Part shown: positions 39,113-49,895 of the stretch, in pieces
Layout of the letters: every line of letters begins with the position of its first letter
Numbering within the stretch: position 1 is the stretch's first letter
NCBI GenBank assembly: GCA_963676835.2
Contig: CAXXFF010000003.1
Coordinates: 256,001-320,000 of the forward strand
DNA from: Marispirochaeta sp.
GTDB lineage: Bacteria; Spirochaetota; Spirochaetia; JC444; Marispirochaetaceae
DNA length: 64,000 bases
Direction: 5' to 3'
The notes under the pieces: generated by a model
Databases searched by the model: none
Told to the model about the DNA's origin: nothing
What the model saw: the letters and a program-made list of their open reading frames with translations, nothing else
Translations under genes and position numbers: made by a program

Positions 39113-39242
39113 TTTTTTTCTCTGGGTGAAGTTTAATTGACGGTTACAATCAAAATAGTTTAAAAGAACAAATATCATCATCCAAGAAAAGATCATTTTT
39201 TCAATGGACGAATACCTTGGTTTATTATACCATTTCGTAAGA

Positions 39243-42200
39243 ATGGATAGTCTCGAAACGATCCTGAATTCAAGCCTACTATTAGACTTAGAGACTGCCC
39301 TTGATGGCACAATACTCAAGGTGGGAGCGGTTTCAGGACAATAAAAAGTACATTTTCAAGGTCATTTTAAACGATCAGATGTCGTAAATTCCCTGAATGG
39401 TATTAGTCAAAACTCAAAATTCATTATTGGACACAACATAGTTGATCATGATTTGCCTTTGCTTAAGGAAAAGATGCCCGACCTTGATCTTCTTAAGTTA
39501 CCAATTATCGATACGCTTTTACTCTCCCCATTAGCATTTCCCAAGAACCCATACCACAAGCTGGTAAAAGATTACAAGCTAGTACATACAGCCATCAATG
39601 ACCCGGTTGAAGATGCAAAGAATGCTGCACTACTGTTTGAAGATGAAGTTAGGGTATTTGTAGAGCTAAAGCAAACAGATATTGGCCTACTAAAGTTCAT
39701 TGCTTGGGCATTCTCAGACACAATGGATGTACTATTTAATACTTTAGAAGTAGTGCCTTGGCATGACCAGGAGGCTAAATCATTTTTTACAGATTATGCG
39801 TCAAGGTACGCGTGCATAACCGCTTCTCAGCAGATAGATTTACAGGATTCAAAAGCTTCTGCTTACACACTCTCGTGGCTCAGAGTAGCTGGTTCCAACT
39901 CTGTTCTACCACCTTGGGTTAGACATCGTTATCCCGCAGTAGTTCATATTATTCGTAAGCTAAGAGATACCTCCTGTGATGATCCACAATGTTCGTATTG
40001 TCTAGTTGATAATAATCCACAGAAGCAACTACAGCATTTTTTTAAAGATGAAGAAGGAAAGCCATTTGAGAATTTCAGAGAAAAACCATCATTAAAAGAT
40101 GGGAGCAGTTTGCAGGAAGCTATAGTACGAAGTGGTATGAGTAACGAACCTTTGCTGGCCATACTGCCAACCGGTGGGGGCAAATCACTCTGTTATCAGC
40201 TACCTGCCCTTGTACGGAACCAAAGGTGTGGCGTTTTGACTATTATCATTTCACCACTACAGGCCCTAATGAAAGACCAAGTCGATAACCTTAAGCGTTT
40301 TACCGGTTATGACTTTGCAGCAGCACTATATGGAATGTTAACACCACCAGAACGTGGCAATGTAATGGAACGGGTCCGCCTTGGTGATGTTGCCCTTCTT
40401 TATGTATCGCCTGAACAGCTACGCAATGTTTCATTTAGAAACCTAGTTAAACAGCGAGAGATTGGCTGTTGGGTTTTTGATGAAGCACACTGCTTGTCAC
40501 GTTGGGGTCATTCATTCCGTCCTGACTATCTCTACGCATCTCGTTTTATACGTGAATTGGCGGATATTCATCATGTTGGAAATCCCCCAGTTGCTTGTTT
40601 TACCGCAACCGCCAAAAAGGATGTTATTGAAGAAATCCAGCAACATTTTAAGACTGAACTGGGTCAAACATTAGTCACATATGATGGCGGAGCTGAAAGA
40701 ACTAATCTAATGTTTGAAGTTCAGCTCGTTAATTCCGCCGAAAAAAGAGCACGCGTCTTGCAACTGTTAGAAGAACGGGTACCAAAAGAAGGTTCTTCAG
40801 TTGTCTATTGCGCAACACGTAAAGGTACGGAGGAGATGGCTGAATGGCTTAGACGGTCAGACTTAAACGCAGAAGCCTTTCATGCTGGGTTAGAACCACC
40901 TGAGAAAAGAAGAATACAAGACGGTCTCATAGTTGGAGATATTGATCATATATGTGCGACCAATGCTTTTGGAATGGGTATCGATAAAGATAATGTGAGA
41001 TTGGTTGTGCATTCAGATATTCCTGGTTCTCTTGAAAACTATCTGCAGGAAGCAGGACGTGCTGGACGAGACCGTGACCCTGCTCAATGTGTTTTGCTAT
41101 ACGATGAGAAAGATATCGAAACTCAATTTTCGATGAGTGCATCTTCAAGACTTACCCGTAATGACATTGCTCAAATTCTAAAAGGACTGCGGCGGTCAAA
41201 ACGTGACGAAAATAACACAGTCATTATCACTTCAGGAGAAATCCTTCGTGACGACGAAGTAGAAACACGCTTTGATACAAACGACCCTATGGCGGCCACA
41301 AAGGTTAACACTGCTGTGTCTGTTCTTGAGCGTGGAAGTTTTATTGAACGGAATGAGAACTGTACAAACGTAATTCAGGTAAAACCTCTCATGCAAACCT
41401 TGAAAGAGGCACAAGCCAAGATTTCAACCTTAAACCTTTCAGAAAGCGTAACAAAACAATGGCAGGAAATCATGATGCAACTTTTTGATCATGATCCAAC
41501 CCACCCCATAAGTGCAGATAATTTAGCTGAGCTACCTTCAATGGAAGCAGCACAAGATTCTACCGATAACCAGATATTACAACATGACACCTTGCCAGTA
41601 TTAAGAATCCTCAATGATATGGTGAACGCAAGCCTCGTAAAAAAAGATACTCTCCTGAGTGCCTATGTTAAAGTCCGCTGTACGAATTCATCTGACAAGA
41701 TCTTTACTGATATTTGTGCGTTAGAAACCGCTATGATTGATTTAATGTGCGAGGAAGAACCTGATCCTGAAGGCTGGATGGTATTAAGCCTACGTCGACT
41801 CAATCAGCGCTTACTGGATAATAGCCATATAAGTGCACCCGAATTACTCCGTAATCTATTGAATAGCCTATCTCTTGATGGACAAGGCTTAGCTGGGAAA
41901 CAAGGTAGCATCTTATTAAGATATCGAGATAAAGATCATTATCTTGTTAAACTCCAAAGATCATGGAGTGATTTACGCACTACTGTGGAACGACGTCAAA
42001 CCGTTGCAAGTATTATCCTGAAAACAATCTCAGAGAAGATTACACCGGGAAATAGTGGAGAGCACTTGGTTGAATTTGGCGAAAGTGAATTAATAGAAGC
42101 ATTGAAATCTGACATGTTCGTTTCTGCACAAATTAGAGACTTTAGTGCTGCTATTGAACGAAGCTTACTGTATCTCCATGAACAACGCTGTATTATCTTA

Positions 42201-44296
42201 CAACAAGGTTTGGCAGTATTTCGGTCAGCCATGACTATTAGTATTCTTCCAAGTGCCAAGGGGCGACGCTTTACCGATGGCGATTTTTCTTCCTTAAAGG
42301 AACACTATAGGGAACGAAATTTCCAAATACATGTAATGAATCGCTATGCATCGCTTGGGTTAGATAAGATTCAGGATGCACTTAATATGGTTATCGCGTA
42401 TTTCACCATGGAAAAAACAGAGTTTGTAGAACGCTATTTCCCGGGTGATGAGGAAATGCTTGATCGAGCTACCAGCGCTGAATCATACCAAAAAATTGTT
42501 GATGAACTAAAAAATGGGGTTCAGGTTGCAGTCGTATCCGCAAAAAAAGATAAAAACATGCTGGTATTGGCAGGTCCTGGTTCTGGCAAAACACGGGTGA
42601 TTGCTCATCGTTGTGCCTATCTTTTACGAGTTGAGCGGGTACGCCCACGGGAAATTCTTGTTGTATGCTTTAACCGTGCAGCAGCAATGATTCTAAGACA
42701 ACGCATTTTTGACTTGGTAGGTAAAGATGCTGCAGGTGTTACTATCCAGACATATCATGGGTTGGCAATGCGCCTGACTGGGAAATCCCTATCTGCACAT
42801 CTTGAGAATAGCAAAGAAAGTTTCGACTTAGACTCTCTTATTCCTCAGGCAACTGCTATGCTTCGAGGAGAGTGTGATATTCCAGGGCTTGAACGAGATG
42901 AAATGAGAGAGCGCTTGTTGGCTGGCTATCAGCATATTTTGATTGATGAATACCAGGACATAATGAAGATGCCAAACTTTCCATCCTGGCAGTTGGTGAC
43001 GATGATCAAAGTATCTATGCATTTAGAGGCGCCAATGTTCGGTTTATCCGTCAATTTGAAGAAGATTATGGTGCACAACTTCATTATCTGGTGGAAAATT
43101 ATCGGTCAACACAGAATATCATTGATGTTTCAAATAAGCTAATCGCTCTAAATCAGGATAGAATGAAGACAGAACATCCTATTCAGATAAACCATACCCG
43201 CAAAATGGAACCACACGGTAAATTAATATGTATCGCACACTGTTCTGATGCTTTACATCAGGCACGCCATGTCCTAAAAGAAATCACCAACTTAGTCAGT
43301 ACAGGTGAAAGTATTGCTGTCTTATCTCGCACAAACAAAGAACTAAATCCCATCCGTGCAGCTTTAGAATTTGGAGGAATCCCCTCCTCTGTAGCAGCTG
43401 AGAAAAACAAGGGAATTCCCTTTCATAGATTAAGAGAGTTCTTGGCATTAATAAATCAAATAAAAGAGTTAAAGCAAAAGGCTATAACAGCAGAAGAGTT
43501 ACGAGTATTATTTAATCAAGGTAAAAACAACCATCATGGAAACGTCTGGTCTACCTTGCTTGATACAATCCTTGCACAGTGGAAGGATGAAACTCATAAT
43601 AATGCAACCACACCTGTTGAAGCATTAGATTTTCTCTATGAGTCTATTCAAGAATACCAACACAATGGTTCTCAGGAAAATTCAATTTATCTCTCAACAG
43701 TATACGCAGCAAAGGGGTTAGAGTTTGATCATGTATTCATCCTGGGCAATTGGACTCATCAACAAAATCGAGAGAAACAGGAGGAGGAACGTCGTCCATA
43801 CTATGTAGGCATGACCAGGGCACGAAAGACATTAACCTTGTATGAATTAGCGAATATTCAGAATCCCCATACCTCTGAGCTACACGGGTCGGCAATTAAA
43901 CATCTTGATATAGGGGCATTACCTGGTCCATCTGAAGAAACACTGAGGCAATGTTATTCAACCCTTGATCTTTCTTCAATTTGGATCGGGTTTCCTGTAA
44001 CAGGACCAAAGGCTACTCTTATCCGAAGTGATATATCTAAGCTGCAACCTGGTGAGATTGTATCGCTGACCAAAGCAAAAACAAGTGATCGTATCTTCAT
44101 CAACAACACTGAAGGCAATCGAGTTGGTGCGTTATCTATGGATGCTAGCCTAAAATGGGGAGAACGCATAGAAATGATCCAATCAGTTAAGATTCATGCT
44201 ATCATCTCATGGCGTAAAGAATTCTCTGAGATAGCCACAGAGGAGTGCCCTGATGAGTGGGAAGTTCCTTTGATAGAAATTACATGGATAGAATAA
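39243..44296 (+). pseudogene. DEDD exonuclease-like + RecQ + UvrD fusion with a premature stop and a frameshift
   Basis: From ATG 39243: LDLET...TAA(39342)...GHNIVDHDLP...IDTL in one frame; RecQ motifs PTGGGKSLCYQ, DEAHCLS, AFGMGID, QEAGRAGRD; UvrD AGPGSGKT, DEYQD; the frame then shifts near 42962 to VGDDDQSIYAFRGA...ENYRST...KGLEF...YVGMTRA. Confidence 0.88.
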
Positions 44297-44395
44297 GTAT
44301 ATTGGGACTTATCATAGTTAACTGAAGTAGCCATGGTTATAGAGCCAGTCCCCTGGTCTTGAGGTGATTTCCCTGTCATAATTTTAACTTAAGGA

Positions 44396-46321
44396 GTGGG
44401 AATGACTAAAGAATCCATCTTCACGACTTTGAAAAAACAGTTCGGCTTTGATGCTTTTCGCGAAGGTCAAGAAGCAGTTATTTCTCGTATTCTTCAAGGA
44501 AAATCAACAGCGGCAATTTTCCCCACAGGTTCAGGAAAGTCTCTCTGTTATCAACTTACGGCGGTAATGCTGCCTGGATTGACTATAGTAGTTTCTCCGC
44601 TGCTGTCGCTGATGCACGATCAACTCACTTTCCTAAAGTCAAAGGGAATTGCTGCGGCTTCCCTCGACTCCACTCTCAGCCGTGATGAATACAACAACAT
44701 TCTTAAACTAGCGGAAGATGGGGCATACAAAATTTTAATGATATCTGTGGAAAGATTCCGCAACGAAAGATTCCGATATCATCTTACAAAAATGGATATT
44801 TCTCTTCTTACAGTAGACGAAGCGCACTGCATTTCAGAGTGGGGGCACAACTTCCGCCCCGAATATCTAAAGTTAGCGCACTACGCCAACGAGTTTAATA
44901 TACCTCAGGTGCTTCTGTTAACAGCTACAGCCACAGTAGAAGTGGCAAACGACATGTGTCAAAAGTTTGGCATATCAAGCGAAGATTGCATACGAACCGG
45001 GTTTTACCGGAAAAATCTCTATATCGGTATGACTCCAGTCGCAGAAGATCAAAAACTAAATCTTCTTAAACTGCGGATAGCTGATAATAGTGGAAGTATG
45101 ATTGTCTATGTGACCCTACAGCACACTGCAGACGAAATAGCAAGCAAACTGACTGCGGCAGGGATATCTACAGCATCCTATCACGCGGGTATGGACAATG
45201 AGGCTCGAAAAGATGTTCAAGACCGGTTTATGAACAGCAAAATTCAGGTGGTGGTGGCAACAATCGCTTTCGGTATGGGAATAGATAAGAGTGATATCCG
45301 CGGGGTGATTCACTATGATCTTCCTAAATCTATTGAAAACTACTCCCAGGAAATTGGACGAGCCGGCCGTGATGGGAAATTAGCCCGCTGTGAACTCTTC
45401 GGATGCGGTGATAACATTCCAGTACTGGAGAACTTCGTTTATGGGGATACCCCTGACAAAGAGTCTATCGCCGTTGTTCTGAAGCAGATAGTCGAAGCAG
45501 GAAGTCAGTGGGAAACTCAGATCTATACCCTTAGCAGGGACAGCAATATCCGCGAACTACCGTTGAAGACGTTGTTGGTGCATCTCGAAATGGAAGGGAT
45601 TATTACACCTTTGTTGACATATTTCGGCGAGTACAAATTCAAGACAGATCTTACCGGCTCTGAGATTCTGAAAAATTTCAGCGGCGAACCGCAAAAATTC
45701 CTGAGACAGCTGTTCGGTTATGCTAATAAAAAAAAAGTATGGATATCGCTCGACATACAACGATTCTGTGCAGAAACGGGAGCAGATCGAAAAAGGGCGG
45801 TAGCTGCCCTCGAATATTGTGACAATCTCAATCTGATAGAGCTCTCCGTAACACGCGCAATCGATATGTACCGGGTTAATACTGTCCTTATAGACATCAC
45901 TGTACTTGCTGAAAAAATGGCAACTCATTTTACACAAAAAGAAGCACAGGAGATCAGGCGTATAAATCAGATGATCGATTTCTTTGAACAAAATAACTGC
46001 CTATCCTCTGAACTTTCCAGTTACTTCGGCCAGAAACTTCCTAACCCATGCGGACATTGCTCTGTATGCAATGGTAAAGAGGGGAAGATGATCCGAAATA
46101 ATGCGAAAAAGGTTACTACACAGAGAATTGCATCCTATGTATTGGATTTTAAATCAGCAGCGGCAGAATGGTGTTCTCCGGAAACTGCAACGCGCTATCT
46201 CTGCGGCATCGCAATGCCTATAACCAACCGTTTAAAATTGAAACAGCTCAAAGGGTTTGGGATTTGCGAATCAATGCCGTATGCGAATGTTCTCCAGGCG
46301 GTAAAACAGATTATTTCATAG
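44396..46321 (+). CDS. RecQ-family ATP-dependent DNA helicase, no HRDC recognised
   Basis: FPTGSGKSLCYQ, DEAHCISEWGHNFRPEY, AFGMGIDK, QEIGRAGRDG, C...CGHCSVC. Confidence 0.92.
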   Translation: MGMTKESIFTTLKKQFGFDAFREGQEAVISRILQGKSTAAIFPTGSGKSLCYQLTAVMLPGLTIVVSPLLSLMHDQLTFLKSKGIAAASLDSTLSRDEYNNILKLAEDGAYKILMISVERFRNERFRYHLTKMDISLLTVDEAHCISEWGHNFRPEYLKLAHYANEFNIPQVLLLTATATVEVANDMCQKFGISSEDCIRTGFYRKNLYIGMTPVAEDQKLNLLKLRIADNSGSMIVYVTLQHTADEIASKLTAAGISTASYHAGMDNEARKDVQDRFMNSKIQVVVATIAFGMGIDKSDIRGVIHYDLPKSIENYSQEIGRAGRDGKLARCELFGCGDNIPVLENFVYGDTPDKESIAVVLKQIVEAGSQWETQIYTLSRDSNIRELPLKTLLVHLEMEGIITPLLTYFGEYKFKTDLTGSEILKNFSGEPQKFLRQLFGYANKKKVWISLDIQRFCAETGADRKRAVAALEYCDNLNLIELSVTRAIDMYRVNTVLIDITVLAEKMATHFTQKEAQEIRRINQMIDFFEQNNCLSSELSSYFGQKLPNPCGHCSVCNGKEGKMIRNNAKKVTTQRIASYVLDFKSAAAEWCSPETATRYLCGIAMPITNRLKLKQLKGFGICESMPYANVLQAVKQIIS

Positions 46322-46568
46322 ATTACAACCGGGATAACCCTTAATCTGGATTGTATAGTACACCACGTTCAAAGCCTTGGGCGGTCTGAACTGAACCACC
46401 CCAAGGGAATCGGATCCTGTTTTTTTGAGTCTGCACAATTAATTATTAGAGCATTATGTACTATTTTCCAGTACATTCTACACCACATATAGTATCAAAT
46501 ACTATTAAAAAACTGATAACGCCTATTTATCTTGACTTTCTATTGTATTAATATCACATCACATCAAA

Positions 46569-46616
46569 ATGTTAGGATCCACCACAATTCGCTTGTACTG
46601 TGGTAGATTCTATCAT
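46569..46616. promoter_or_regulatory. Inverted repeat, probable AbiEi operator
   Basis: ATGTTAGGATCCACCACA-N12-TGTGGTAGATTCTATCAT, 15/18 match, 10 bp before the antitoxin start. Confidence 0.65.
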
Positions 46617-46626
46617 ATAATAAAGA

Positions 46627-47226
46627 GTGGATCAGAAGACCAAAAGTAAAATTGAAGCTTATTTTAAAGAACATGAAGGCATTGCACGTACCTCGGGATT
46701 CCAAAGAAACGGATTTCATAATTCTTATCTAACAGAATTAGTCGAAGAAGGATATCTTATCCGACTGAAAGCTGGACTCTATCTCATGGCAGAGAAGCAG
46801 AGTGTTTCCGGATTCCATGAAATCCAAATATCAATTCCTTCTGCTGTAATATGCCTCGCATCGGCACTGTCTGTTTATGAGCTTACTACTTATGAACCAC
46901 CAGCAGTACACATCGCTATACCAAGGGATGATAGAACCTCACCTCCCGACTATCCACCTGTGAGGAAGTTTTCTTTCGGAAAAAAACGATATACATTGGG
47001 GATGACTAAAATTGAAATTGAAGGCAAAGAAATCGCTATATATGACAAGGAAAAAACAATCTGTGATAGTATTCGTTATCGACGAGTACTCGGCCAGGAC
47101 ATTGTAAATGAAGCTGTTCGAAAATACCTTGGCAGCCAGAGAACTAATATAGACAAGCTTATCGAGTACTCACGAATCCTCAAGTCCGAAGGTCCTCTAC
47201 AGACCCATTTAAAACTTATGGCATGA
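46627..47226 (+). CDS. Type IV TA antitoxin, AbiEi family
   Basis: N-terminal wHTH LIRLKAGLY, VICLASALSVYELT, IYDKEKTICD. Confidence 0.88.
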   Translation: MDQKTKSKIEAYFKEHEGIARTSGFQRNGFHNSYLTELVEEGYLIRLKAGLYLMAEKQSVSGFHEIQISIPSAVICLASALSVYELTTYEPPAVHIAIPRDDRTSPPDYPPVRKFSFGKKRYTLGMTKIEIEGKEIAIYDKEKTICDSIRYRRVLGQDIVNEAVRKYLGSQRTNIDKLIEYSRILKSEGPLQTHLKLMA

Positions 47227-48095
47227 AAAACATATCAGCTTCAATCAGAGCAAAACTACTTAACAAGGCAAAGGAAGAACATATTCCATTTCAGCGAATT
47301 CTCACCCTTTACAAGCAGGAAGGCTTACTACATCGCATTGTAATGACAAAGAACAGTAACGAGATTGTTCTTAAAGGTGGGCTTCTTTTCTTTCAACTCC
47401 AGGGACTATCCGCCCGCCCTACAAAAGACATTGATCTTTTAGGATCAAAAATAAATCATACTGAAACTAAGTTGCGAGAATTACTAATAGATGTTTGTGG
47501 GATAAATCTTGACGATGGACTTCAGTTTGATATTTCATCGATTGAATTTAGCCCTATTACAGGCCAGACAGATCATGGTGGAATCAGAGGCTGGATAACA
47601 GCATTTCTCGGCGAATCCCGCACCAGACTTCAATTAGATATGGGATTCGGAGATGTCATCACTGGCGGTCCGTTGATCAGACCTTATCGAACTCTTCTTG
47701 GAAATCGCTCTTTCTTTATTCAGACCTATTCTGACGAGACCGTGGCGGCGGAAAAACTTGAAGCTCTGGTCTCTCTCGGTACAATAAACAGCCGTTATAA
47801 GGATATCTATGATCTATATGAACTTCTCATAGAATCAAAATTAACTAAAGATAAGGTGATTGCAGCTGCATGCAACACATTTATTAACAGAAATACTTTT
47901 TTGCCTGAGATTCCAGAGAGCCTGACCGAACCTTATTGGGCTTCATCTTCATTTATAACCGATTGGAGTCGCTACCTTAAACGAATTGCGGCTACCGAGC
48001 CAACACAAGATCAATTAATAAAAAACCTTCTTCCAAAATTACAGAATATCTACAGCGTTATAAGAGAGAAGGTGCTTAAGCAAAGGCTTAATTAA
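47223..48095 (+). CDS. Type IV TA toxin, AbiEii nucleotidyltransferase
   Basis: SIRAKLLN, VLKGG, RPTKDIDL, LDMGFGD, AEKLEA, NSRYKDIYD; ATGA overlap. Confidence 0.92.
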   Translation: MKNISASIRAKLLNKAKEEHIPFQRILTLYKQEGLLHRIVMTKNSNEIVLKGGLLFFQLQGLSARPTKDIDLLGSKINHTETKLRELLIDVCGINLDDGLQFDISSIEFSPITGQTDHGGIRGWITAFLGESRTRLQLDMGFGDVITGGPLIRPYRTLLGNRSFFIQTYSDETVAAEKLEALVSLGTINSRYKDIYDLYELLIESKLTKDKVIAAACNTFINRNTFLPEIPESLTEPYWASSSFITDWSRYLKRIAATEPTQDQLIKNLLPKLQNIYSVIREKVLKQRLN

Positions 48096-48145
48096 AACGC
48101 CCATAAGTAATCAGGAAAGCCGTATACGGCCTTCAGTCATGCAAT

Positions 48146-48174
48146 TTGACAATCAGATACCCCGGGTATAGTAT
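48146..48174 (+). promoter_or_regulatory. sigma70 promoter of the orphan gene
   Basis: TTGACA-17 nt-TAGTAT. Confidence 0.55.
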
Positions 48175-48214
48175 GTAATCGCTCTTGTTTCACATACACA
48201 TAGGGGGCTGCGGT

Positions 48215-49840
48215 ATGGGGAAATTTTTTGCTGTTTTTTGCCTCTGTCTTCTTCCTTTCCAGCTGTATGCCCGCGACATTGATGTTGGGTCGCCGCACTA
48301 TTGGGAAGTTCTTAACGTCGACCGTCCGAACAGAAGCCCGTATGCCGATCCGGAGTCGTTAACCGCCACCGATATTTCAGGTGAGGAGATTTTCAGCTTA
48401 CCTCTCCGCCTGACGAATCTGCGCAACGTTCGCAGCAGCCGCAACATCTCGGAGCTTCCGAACTGGAACGGGAACTATAACTTCGGGTGGATATTCGACA
48501 ACGCCTCGAATGTTTCACCCCATGATTACGAGCGGGACTGGGGACATGAAGGATGTGGATCTGACAATTTCTTCGGCAGAAGCATATTTCTCAATGTTTA
48601 CGATCCCGACTACAAGGCATTTTCGTTCCACAAATACATCCAGGGGGAGGACATTGAAGTCACCCAGCCGAAGATGGTGGACTTCTCTCGCCTGGGAACA
48701 CCGGGAAAAAACTTCCGTATCCTGGTTTCCACGAGTCCGTACTACCCCAATGGTTCCGGAGAGCTTCTGCTCTTCATTCCCTACCTAAACGGCTTGCGGA
48801 TCATAAACGTAGGGGGCCGGTTGGTACGAATCCCTTACGATGAACGGAGCAGTTCGAACTACGATCCCGGCCGAGTGGATCCCGGGGATGGAAGGACATC
48901 AGGAATCTGCCTTGTATTTCATCCCATCAGCACCGATACTCCCCATGACATCTATCCCCAGAAAAATGATAAAACCGTCATGGACGGCGCCGCAATGTCG
49001 TCCTTCCGCAACAAATCCATCGTGGAGTATTCCGAAGAACAAGGGGCCGATCTCTTTGCCGTGGACTGGGGATACCAGGGCTACTACGAAGAGTATGAAG
49101 ACATCGTCACTGAGAATCTCGCACCTCTTCTGAATGAAGACTGCCGCTGCATCAACAGTTCCTATGATGTCGTCGGATACAACGGGACGACGATTTTCCA
49201 GATGAGCTGTCGGGACCGGGCCGCCGGTCAGGCTCCTGTAGAAGTTCTTCAGAGTCTCGACCTGACCGAGCATTTTATCCTCATCAACGGAAAAGTCCCC
49301 TTCTTCGACGGCTCACAGCCTGGACTCTTTAATGGAGCCGACATCGGCTACGCCTATTCCTATGCTGTGAAAAACCAGGATTTCACGTCGGCGAAAATCA
49401 GGAATGGATCGAACGGGAATATTCTGGCCCTCACCCACTATCCCAGGGGCCCGCTGAGCATCAGTCCCCAGGACGTCCAGGGTCGCTACATCGTCGCAAC
49501 CCTGGGGTTCAGCAGGGAAGCAGCGGAATCCCAGATTGCCACAGCTATTTCGACAATAAGCCACCCTAAAGGAAGAATCATATCCGCTTTAAGAGAACTC
49601 CCTATAGAACTGCCGGAATCAGTTAACGTTGATATTCAGGAAGCCCCGATGGATGACTATACCATTCTGGAAGCAGCCAGGAGCGCCGAAGGCGGGTGGG
49701 TCATACTCGCTGAATGCCCCATGGAGGACATCATGACATCAGTCGTGGAACCAGCGCTGACAAGGCATCGCAACAAGATCTCTCCTCCACTCAATGTACC
49801 GGCCCTGATGGACCGGCTCCGTGAGACTCTGTTTAACTGA
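48215..49840 (+). CDS. Hypothetical secreted protein
   Basis: Long ORF with signal peptide MGKFFAVFCLCLLPFQLYA; no motif recognised. Confidence 0.75.
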   Translation: MGKFFAVFCLCLLPFQLYARDIDVGSPHYWEVLNVDRPNRSPYADPESLTATDISGEEIFSLPLRLTNLRNVRSSRNISELPNWNGNYNFGWIFDNASNVSPHDYERDWGHEGCGSDNFFGRSIFLNVYDPDYKAFSFHKYIQGEDIEVTQPKMVDFSRLGTPGKNFRILVSTSPYYPNGSGELLLFIPYLNGLRIINVGGRLVRIPYDERSSSNYDPGRVDPGDGRTSGICLVFHPISTDTPHDIYPQKNDKTVMDGAAMSSFRNKSIVEYSEEQGADLFAVDWGYQGYYEEYEDIVTENLAPLLNEDCRCINSSYDVVGYNGTTIFQMSCRDRAAGQAPVEVLQSLDLTEHFILINGKVPFFDGSQPGLFNGADIGYAYSYAVKNQDFTSAKIRNGSNGNILALTHYPRGPLSISPQDVQGRYIVATLGFSREAAESQIATAISTISHPKGRIISALRELPIELPESVNVDIQEAPMDDYTILEAARSAEGGWVILAECPMEDIMTSVVEPALTRHRNKISPPLNVPALMDRLRETLFN

Positions 49841-49895
49841 CACATCGGGATGAAAAAAACGTAACCGTCAATTAAACCTCACCCAGAGAAAAAAA

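Larger units (their letters stand above)
36783..39147 (+). mobile_element. IS66-family element, copy 2
   Basis: Same terminal IRs; 8-bp TSD AATCAAAA. Confidence 0.97.

Noticed and set aside
25373..39147. Composite IS66 transposon carrying the sugar cluster
   Set aside because: Each IS66 has its own TSD (GTTACAAT, AATCAAAA), indicating independent insertions.
39453..44296. Two separate helicase genes or a programmed frameshift
   Set aside because: UvrD motifs continue across the frame change, sequence appears missing at the junction and no slippery site is evident.
46387..46420. TGAACTGAACCACCCC resembling an IS3-type end
   Set aside because: No partner IR or transposase remnant found.
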